Below, in pieces: positions 6,689 through 16,400 of a stretch of 22,737 nucleotides of DNA. Under the pieces are notes generated by a model. It was not told the DNA's origin and did no database searches. It saw only the letters and a list, made by a program, of their open reading frames with translations. The stretch comes from a virus. Lineage: Duplodnaviria > Heunggongvirae > Uroviricota > Caudoviricetes. Every line of letters starts with the position of its first letter. Position 1 is the first letter of the stretch. The DNA is taken from the IMG/VR virus record IMGVR_UViG_2568526411_000004. One strand, given 5' to 3'. The position numbers were made by a program, and so were the translations under genes.

Positions 6689-6820
6689 TTATGAGTCACC
6701 GCCGTTTTGCTTGAGGTGATCTTCGAACTCTTGATCGTGTATTTTGTCGTAATTTACAGGATCGTACACACAACCAGTTAGAACGACCAACACAGCAAGA
6801 GCGGCAATCAATTTTTTCAT
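6689..6820 (-). CDS. 43-aa lipoprotein (MKKLIAALAVLVVLTGCVYDPVNYDKIHDQEFEDHLKQNGGDS)
   Basis: Not in the ORF track. Textbook signal peptide II (MKK, hydrophobic core, lipobox LTGC); AAGGA RBS; stop abuts the terminator; TATAAT at 6864-6859 upstream. Confidence 0.85.
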   Translation of the reverse strand: MKKLIAALAVLVVLTGCVYDPVNYDKIHDQEFEDHLKQNGGDS

Positions 6821-6937
6821 TAAAACAGCTTTCCTTTTAACGCAAAAGATTTGCATTAATTATACCGAGAAGTTGTCATTTCTGGAAAAATAATTAAAGG
6901 CAAATAATTGTTATACCTAAATTATTTGCCGAAATGA

Positions 6938-7495
6938 TCAAATCAGCGTGACAGCTTCTACTTCCTCTTTAGTGGTAGCTTCGGCGATCTTTAAGCGAGC
7001 CTTTCTGCCGAGTTCATGAAGTTTATTTACATGTTGAGCTAATGCCACTTGTAGGTTTTTTAACTGTTCAGAGTTTAGCAAAATGGTTGAGTTGTCTTTG
7101 GTTGTCCACTCCACTTCCAGTCCAAGCGCCGCAGCTGTAGCTATGCGACTTTGAGACGCGATGTCTGAGTCGAAAGTATGGCCATTAAACTCAAAACCAC
7201 CAAATTCGAGTTGATTGCGCTGAAGCTTAATCTTGTTCCATTTTTCTTCTTTGACTTGATCGAGTGATCTTGGATCAGACCACTTCTTAGCTGTGTAATC
7301 AAATTCATGCACTTCACTAGGTTTTTCACCTATGCTTTCCCAACTTTCGGTTTCGAAGTTCCACCAGTCACTAGGACTGGTGGGTTGCTTCTCGGTATAT
7401 TTCTTTCCTTGAGTGTTGAGTTCGAGTATTTCATTTGACCCCGTAAATGAGGCAATGCATTTACCCTCATCGGAAATGACATATCGAGTTCTCAT
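6938..7495 (-). CDS. DUF4376-type tail fibre accessory/assembly protein
   Basis: GFEFNGHTFDSD..SQSRI...VEWTTKDNSTILL..EQL..L..AL..HV...ATTKEEVEAV; ATG overlaps the stop of the tail tip gene. Confidence 0.75.
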   Translation of the reverse strand: MRTRYVISDEGKCIASFTGSNEILELNTQGKKYTEKQPTSPSDWWNFETESWESIGEKPSEVHEFDYTAKKWSDPRSLDQVKEEKWNKIKLQRNQLEFGGFEFNGHTFDSDIASQSRIATAAALGLEVEWTTKDNSTILLNSEQLKNLQVALAQHVNKLHELGRKARLKIAEATTKEEVEAVTLI

Positions 7496-10400
7496 TATTT
7501 TTTAACCTCCGTGATTAAAATAAGAGCGTTTGTAAACTCAATCTCGTTGTATCGACGCGCCATGTCCATTGCGTTATCCCGTCCCCAGTTGGTCGTTCTT
7601 CTGAGCGTTGCCTTGTAGACGTGTGTGCCAGCCGCAGGTCTGTCTAATGTCGTAAACATCGAACCAGCCATTGTGTTCATGGTGTATACGACAATATTGT
7701 AAAGAACATCATAAGAACCACCTTCTGTCCAAGATCTATCCTTGAATACTTCAGTGCTTTGAATCCACGGCAAGTTGAAGGTTTTAATCAAGGTGTCATC
7801 ACGGTAAATATCTAGGTAGATTTGTGGGCTGGAATATTTATTCCAAGCGTACAAAAATGGCGAAACATCAATTTTCACAAAGTTTGTACCCGAAGTGACT
7901 ACCGTAACCTGACAGGCATCAAAGGTTGAACTACTAGGCGTTAAGATCTTGCTGGCTTGTGTATTTTCAGCAACAGTTGCCACCGTAATTGCATTGTCTT
8001 TGATTTTGATCGTATCGACCGTTAAATCGGCAATTTTGGCGTTTGTGATAGCCGCATCTTTGATTTTTGCGGTATCAATTGCCGCATCAGCAATTTTTGC
8101 AGTAGTAATTGCTGCATCTTGGATGTGCGCGCTCTTGATAGATGCCGTAGCAATGTATGCGGTATCAATCCAAGTACCCGGCGGGTAAGTCACACCATTA
8201 ACGGTTGTGTTGGTTGTTGTGACCAGGAATGGCTTTTTGCCACCACTTGGAGGGCCAATGTAGAAGTTGTCTGCATTGACGCCAAAAGTGGAAGTCACTT
8301 TACCATTAACTAGGTCAGAGATTAAGCCATAGCCTGACATTACACCGTTATTGTCAATCGTAATCGTCTTGATGTTTCTAATGCCATCAATTGATTTTGA
8401 CTGCTCAGAGATAGCACTTGTGTTTCCACCGACAGCAGTTTGTAAACTAACAATATTGCTGGCTTGAGTTGAAACTTTGCCATCAATGGTTGAAACTTTG
8501 GCGTCTAACGTATTTACCGCCGATGCTTCAGCTTTATTGGCAAGCCCGTCGCTAAGGGTTTTGATGTCCTGAGTCCATGAGCCCCAAGTTGATGTACTGG
8601 TGCTACGGCGTTCAGCAGTAAGTTTCGAATCTGTACCTCGTGCAATCTGGATGATCGGACCACCAGATGCGTCAGTCCAATAAACGTATGTTTCAAGGGA
8701 GACATATGTACCCATGCCAGTCAAACCTAGCACAGAGGCTTGCTTGAACTCGCGAACGATACGCAATGGATAGTTTGACCAATACCACGATGGAGGCTGA
8801 TTAGTAGATCGAGTATCGGATACTGCAACATCCTTTAATAAGCCATTCACAGATGCATTCAGCGAAGTAATACTTGAGCCTTGAGAGGTAATTGCACCTT
8901 CGGTTGTAGTTACGCGGTTGGCGAGGTTTGTTAGAGCCGAACTATCTGCTTTTGTTGCTAACGTGCCGTTAATATTGGTGATGCTATTGTTTAGCGAGGT
9001 AATACTACTGCTATGTGAAGCAATATCCTTACCTTGTTGAGTCACTGTGTTCGACAATGACGAAATGGCAGAAGCATTTGCATCCAGTTGAGTGGTTAAA
9101 GTTCGGGAGTCACCTAAACCTACAGGTACACCATTCACAAAACTAAGCGGGTATTCAATCCACTGATTAGGAACAGTCGAATCAAACATACCGAGAATAC
9201 CATTGCCTGCATCTAGGTCTTTGCGTCCTACAAAAATAGGAAGAGCATTCCAGTTCCAAGATCTGAAATATGTGTCGCCAGCACCAGAAGCAAGTAAAAG
9301 CGCACGTAAATCAGTATTTGGGTTTGAATTTCCAACTGAGCCAATGTTATCTGTACCCACGATTGCAAAGTAAGTTCCCGATGCAAGCGCCTTGATAGCG
9401 GCATAGATGGCGTTACATGCAGATACGATGTCGCCATAGGTGTCATATTGCGTACAGCTTTCAACATCCCCATTTTTAAACACAATGAGATTTAAACCGC
9501 GCCCAAATCCATATAATCGCGTATTGTTTCCAGTGTAGACGCCAGCCGCCTTTGGCATGCCAACGGCAGAGCCGTTACGGAAAGTCACCAGCGAATATGA
9601 CTTCGTATTACCGATTTGATTAGTGAGCGAGGTAATGCTGCTGCTATTTGATGTAATAGTATTGCCTTGCTGACTTACTGTATTAGTAAGATTTGCGATA
9701 GCAGCGGCATTTGCATTGCTATCAGGAATGTAATCATATGGGCTTGGAATCCAAGCGTCAGTCGTGAGTACATCGCCTTTGACTAAAACTGCCCAATAAA
9801 CAGTACCGATAGTGCCCTTATCTGCGGTCGGACGGTTGATCATGTAGAAGTGGATAATTGGACCAGAGGCAACTGCGCTGTTTTTAACAAAGGTAACTTT
9901 GCTGATAACCTTACCGTCTGTATTAACAATAGATTGCAAAGTCTGGCTACCACCACCCGCGTAAACCGCTAGGTAAGAGTTGTTATCGCCAGTCCCTCGT
10001 TTATGTTCAGCGCACCAGATCAAGGTGTATTTAGCGCCAATTTCCCAATCTTCACCTAGTTTGTAAGTGTGGTGTGGGTATGAGACGCCATCATACAAGC
10101 CAACTACATTTGATTTAATGAGAAGGTTAGTTCCACCTTTTCCGCTAACTGCTAATGAGTTAGTCAATGAGGTAATTGAGTTACCTTGGCTTGTGATATT
10201 TCCTTCTGCATTTGTTACGCGGTTAGAGAGCGAATTTAACGCTGTCGCATCTGCCTTTTGAGCAAGGGTGGCATTGATGTTTGTGACGCTATTGTTGAGC
10301 GAAACAATATTGTTAGATGCGGAAGTTACACGGCCGTCAATATTTGTAACTTTGGAATCAAGCGTACTTAATGCAGACGAGGTTGCTTGCAAGTCGGTTG

Positions 10401-13400
10401 CTAATTTCTTATTACCTGTAATGTTACGTACTTGAATGTTCGTAACATGCCATTGCTGCCCCGCTGCCTCTGACGCAGCAATACTTACTTGAAGCCAAGG
10501 TCGAATTTCAACCATGCCATTTGGCACAGTGAAATAACCTTCCACCATACCCCAAGCATTTTTATCTGTAGACTTGACGGCAACACTATACCAAGTATAA
10601 GTACCTGCACTGTTTCGAGTATTGAAACCAAGTACAGCAGAAGCGATTACTGATGTATTTGGCGTCGCAAACCAAGCCGAAACATAGAACATGTCGCCAA
10701 CATTACATTTGACGAAAGGACCGTAATAACTATCGCGGTTATTCAGTCTTAATGCTTTTGGAGAAGGCGGGTTAGGTGCTGCGTCAGTCGCATCAACAAT
10801 TACGCCAGATGTCCAATCGCTTTTCGGGTCTACGAAATCAGGATTAAGAACAAGATTCGATAAATCGTTGTTAGTAATCTTGTTGGTTAAGGTGGTAATA
10901 GAATTACTTTGTGAAGTAATTGTATTACCCTGTTGAGACACAGTATTTGTCAGATTGCTAATTGCAGATGCAGTGGCATTAAGCGTTGTTGAAATGTCTA
11001 ATAAAGACGGCTCAATGATCGCCGAAATGCCATTAGATGCGAGGTCTGCCTCTGCCATGAAGCTTGCAGACCAACCATTCATCCATTCGTCTGGCGGAGT
11101 TGTATAGCCGATTTCGGCATCAATGTTGAATTTTGGATACTGCCAATAAGCACCGGGCGCTTGGGACGTCAAAATAATGACTACTGTGCCATTACGGACG
11201 CCCATGCGAACTCGAATTGGCATGGTGCCCGAATTCACTACACCATGTTGAAGTAGAGAGGTGCCCGAATATGCATAACCCCCAATGTTCAGATTAATTT
11301 CATTCTTAGCGGCCAAGTAGTTATAGCCAGTAAGTGAAAGTCGGAACATTTTATTTGTGAACGTAATTGGCGTTTGGATTACGATATTGCCAGTTAGATT
11401 TGCGCCGTTTTGTTGCCACACCAGCACGCCTCTAAATAACTTAGCTGCGCCAGTGCCGCCCTGAATCTTTGGCAATGCAGCGTTCGCTGTATTGGTTGTA
11501 ACCGTTAAGCTGTTACTTAAATTAGTAATCGCATTACTTTGATTGGTTAAACCATTTTCAGCAGCCGTCATTCTCGTTGAAAGACCGCTTAGAGCCGAGT
11601 TTGCCGCTGAGATATTCCCTTCTGCTGCACTCATACGAGAGTTAAGCGAAGTGATTGAATTTGTTGCTGTCGTTAAGCGTCCATCAACTTCTGATACTTT
11701 GGTATCAAGAGCGCTAATCGCTGATGCATTTGCATCATTGCCAACAATTGCCTCTGCATCTTCCAGAATTAGGTAATCAAGCTCAACAATGCCCGTTTGC
11801 GCCGAATAGTTTGCAATAAACATCGGCGTGATGAAGCCTGCTTGTTGTGAAACAGTACGTGGGCTTGTTTTTGAGCCTGAACCCGATGCTGCTCCTGCTG
11901 ATCGACCTTTGATATACGCAACGATTTCTTGCCATTCATCGATCGCAGGTGCGTGCGCATTAACAACATAGTTAGAAGACCCCATATCGCCCGATAATGC
12001 GTTGGCTGTTGTTACGTATAGTGCCTTGTCTGGGGTTTTCTGAGAGACACCGAGGTAAATTGTGCCTGTTCCGGCACGACGGCGATACCGCGCACGAAGT
12101 CGATATGTCTTAGTTGCATCAAAAGGAATGAAGTTATTCGGATGCATCCAAACAATATCATTGCCAGCATTATTTCCAAGTTGAATAACACGACCCGCTT
12201 GGCCATCCGCTTGTGCAACAATTGAGTATTCGCCTGACGTATTAAAGAATGTCCAATCGCCCTGTGCATTACCCGCATTCATTGAAATGCTTGAAGTAGC
12301 GTTGCTTAAAGTTGAACTTAAAGCTGTAATGGCATTGGTATTTGACGTTACTTTGCCATCGACATTCGTAACTTTCGTGTCGAGGTTTTGAAGCGCAGAA
12401 GCATCAGCTTTTTTGTTTAAATTGCCTTCTGTGGTCGTCATGCGACTTTCGAGGCTAGTGACGCGTCCCGCAGTCGCGGCGTTTTGGCTAGTGGCTGTGT
12501 TGAATAAATCAGTCGCCTTGGCTTGCGTTGAAAGAATCATTCCGGTTGGGTCGCTACCTGCAATCCAAGCCGAAGGGGTTGTGTTGTTGCCAACTTGCCG
12601 TTCAAGCATCATTCTTTCGATATTGATAACTTGTCCCGCAGGTTTGCCTGTAGGGTTTCCGATTAACAGCATACATGCAGCGGCACCACCAGCGGGCACC
12701 GTGAACACCCCGCTATAGCGGGTTAATGTTGCGGTAATATTAAAGCGCAGGCGTGTACTATCTACATTGTAGAGTTGCCACTCAATAGCATGCGGTGGGG
12801 TTCCGCCAACAGTTTTGGCAACAAAACTAAAAATGTATGTACCTTCTGTTAGCCACTGTCGCGGAACTTGGCCGCCTCCAATGTTGAAGTATGTGCCGTT
12901 CCTTGAAGAAGCAGGCATCGTGAATTGGAACGCGCGTACATTTACCGTATCTGGCGATTGGATGATTTCAAATGGCAATCCAGACGTCCAGTTGGTTGGC
13001 TTTTCTACTGGATTTGAAATCTCAGGGCCAAGCAAGTTCACGCCCTGATTCGGCAACCCATCAAAGCTGCTTTGTAATGTGGTTAATGCAGAAGAGTTAG
13101 ATGTAACTTTGCCGTCGATTAGGGTTACTTTTGAATCAAGCGACTGTAATGCGCTCGTATCCGCTTTACTCGAAAGTGCGCCATTAATGCTTGAAATGCT
13201 GTTGTTGAGTTGGGTAATAGAATTACTATGGGAAGTAATGGTATTACCCTGCTGGCTGACTGTATTTGATAGGGTGTTAATCGCATTCGCATTGGCTGCA
13301 ATAGCATCGCTATAAGCCTTTGGAATGGTGTCGTTCACAGCCGTTACATCAAATACTTCATAAGAAGCAAGAATGACAAAGACTGGATTATCAACCGTTG

Positions 13401-16400
13401 GTACTGGCGGGTTAGTACCGGCAATTACGCGGAAATGACCTTGAATAGTAGAGCCACTTAAATCAGCCCCACCTTGTACGACAGAGTAGTACGTTTCAAA
13501 TTTGCCAGTTCCTAGATCATTACCCAAGATTCGGATGTATCCACCCGTACCCGTAGCATTACCGATGGCTTGTAATTTTGTACCCACTGGCATCTTAATA
13601 ATTTGTTTAATTAAGAAGGTTTTATTTGCAGTGAGTACAAGCGTAGGTGCAGTTGGATACCAGCCACCGCCCAAAGCTTGAGTCGCTTTGATCAGCATTT
13701 CATTAGTTGAGCCAGTTGGGTTGTCCGTTGACTTGGCTTGCTTAATCCATGAGGTGCCCGCAGGGAAACTGTATGCAGACAACCCGCCCGCAGAGGTAGT
13801 TTTAAAAGTTGGGTCGTCACGTAAAGGCTTGCCAAGAGATAACAGTCGAGCCAGAACGTTTACGTCGTTCAAGTTACTGTTTGTTAGATCAAGGCTATTG
13901 CTAAGCGAAGTAATCTGCCCGCTTTGACTTGAAATCTTGCCTTCGGCTGTTTCCACTCGGCTAGTTAGGTTATTGACCGCGCTTGAATCGGCTTTGTTTG
14001 CCAGTGTTCCATTGATTGAGGTGACGCTATTTTGTAGCGATGCAATTGAATCACTTTGATTGGTGATCTTGCCCTCAGCGGTTGCCATGCGTGTCGAAAG
14101 TCCACCAACCGCAGTATTTGTGCTGTTGATATTTCCTTCGGCTGTAGACATGCGCGAATTTAGTGACGTAATCGAATCTGTAGCAGTGGTTAGCCGACCA
14201 TCGATATTGTCAACTTTTGTTTGGGTCGTTTGAATTGCAGAAGCATTGGCGTCAATTGCAGCCTTTGTATCACGAGGGCTTGGACTCCAAGCGGTAGCCT
14301 TTGTGCCCGCTTCAATGTGTAATTTACGAATCGTCGGGATACGGCCAGTTCCATACGTTCCATAGAACTCAATTGTCGAAACAGTTGTACTTGCCGTATG
14401 CGCTTTTGGACTAACTGTTACTGAATATTTGGCAAATTGATTTACGATAATTGCATTAACGGAAGTAACGAATTGGTGAGCAGAACCATTTGACGAATAA
14501 ACTTGAACCGGTCCAGCCACAGGAACGCTCATTTCAAACGAAATCGTGATTGGCTTCTCAAGGTTTTCGTCATAGAACGCTTTTAATTCGGCGCTACGTT
14601 CATACAGTAAATATTCGCGATTCGTTGCGGCAGTTGAAGTGCGAGGAGCTTCGGAGTTCGCAACAACGTTTACACCACCAATCGTCAATTGACTGTTGAA
14701 CTTGTCGATTGCGCCAGAGGCGGCAGAATCAGCCTCAGTTTTTGTGTAGTAGTTGTTTAATGCAGACGCGTCAGCTTTAGTTGAAAGCCCCTTCTCAATG
14801 CTGGAAACACTGCCCTGAAGCGAGGTAACGGCATTGGCAGTACTTGTTACTCGACCATCAATTTCTGATACTTTTGAATCCAAAGAATTGAGAGCGCTTG
14901 AGTCAGCTTTGGTTGAAACGGCTTTGTTGGTAGATGCTAGATCGTTTTGAAGAGAGACAATTGACGACCCTTGTGATGAAATTTGCCCCTCAGCATTAGA
15001 AACGCGAGTTGTTAATGCATTTAAAGCCGTAGCATCCGCTTTGTTTGAAAGGGTTCCATTAATCGTATTAATGCTGTTGTTTAGTTGCGTGATCGAATTG
15101 CCCTGAGATGTAATTTTCCCCTCGTCGTTCGAAACGCGTGTAGTTAGGTTGTTGATTGCTACAGCGTTTGTATCTAAGGCATTCTTAATCGCATTTAGAT
15201 CAGCAGGACCCGCCGTCCACGTAGAAGCAGGCTTTTCGGAACCGACAGACTCTTCTAGCATCAACATATCGATGAGGTATTCGCCGGCAGAAGGCCCCGA
15301 AGGGTTGCCTACAACATAGACGGTTGCGCCGATTGTGTTTGCAGGTGAGTTGACTGGTTTAAAGGAATAACGTTGACCGTTAGCGTTTGGAGCAACGTAA
15401 GAATCTGTTTGACCTTGTGGAAAAATGATTCCGGCATTTGTTGTGATGTTTCCAGTGCTAGGGTCACGAATAAACCACATGATGTTGAAACGGAATGATG
15501 GAACGGCCGTTGATAAAGCCTTCAACCAAGCGCTAAATGTATAAGCGCGCCCCGCCTCAACTTGCATCGCCATTTGTGATGGCGCTAGAGCGGCCTGAGC
15601 GGTGCCGAAATACACATAATGAGCCGCCGCCGTGAATGACACTTTGTAAGCCTTACCGTTTCGACGTAACGCAGAGTCCACTAAAGCTACGGTACGACCT
15701 GCTCCACCTAGAGCTGGAAGTTCTTGTGGGTCCGAGAAGGGCGCAACAATGTTATTAATGCCTTTTCCGCTGCTTAATTCTGATTTAAGAGCTGTAACGG
15801 AGTTTGCGGCAGCGTTAGCCTTGTCTACCGCTGTACTTGCGGTTTGTTGAGCTGTAGCAGCAGAATTAATCGCTTCGGCGGTTTTGCCCTCGTTTGTGGT
15901 CAAACGGGAATCAAGCGACGTGATTTTCTGAGCATTGGCATCTGTATTCGTGGCGTTCGTTGTGATCTGCTCTTGCAAGCTAGATAACGAGCCTTTAGTG
16001 CTTGATTTGAACGTCTCAATGTTGCTTAACAACGCAGCGTCTTCTGACTTGCGTTGAGTTGTTTCTGTCGTGAGACCGTCTTTCAGATTAGAAATTGCCA
16101 CTGTGCGTGCATCTGCTTCATCGGCGATTTTTTGGTTCAACTGATTTGTTGAGGTTGTTAAATCGCTGGCAACTTTTGACGCTGCGGACGCTGCATTATT
16201 CGCGGTTGTTTGTGCGTTCGTTGCGGCTGTATTGGCTTTCGCTGCCGCTGTAGAAGCGCTGTTCGCCATCGTTTGCGCAGTAGTTGCAGCTGAAGTGGCC
16301 TTATCTGCTGTGTCTTTGGCTTGGTTTGATGCGGCAACGGCTTGATCTGCGGCGGTCTTAGCGGCATTTGCTTGGTTTTGAGCGGTCGCGGCAGTGCTTT

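Noticed and set aside
5206-6820. 52-aa membrane protein and 43-aa lipoprotein as a separated i-spanin/o-spanin pair
   Set aside because: Their combined soluble parts (~50 aa) are too short compared with Rz/Rz1, the lipoprotein is not Pro-rich, and they lie in different transcription units. Kept as separate findings.
7495-9000. Possible diversity-generating retroelement or invertible segment at the tail-tip C-terminus
   Set aside because: No reverse transcriptase or invertase in the window, and I saw no template/variable repeat pair differing at adenines or inverted crossover sites.
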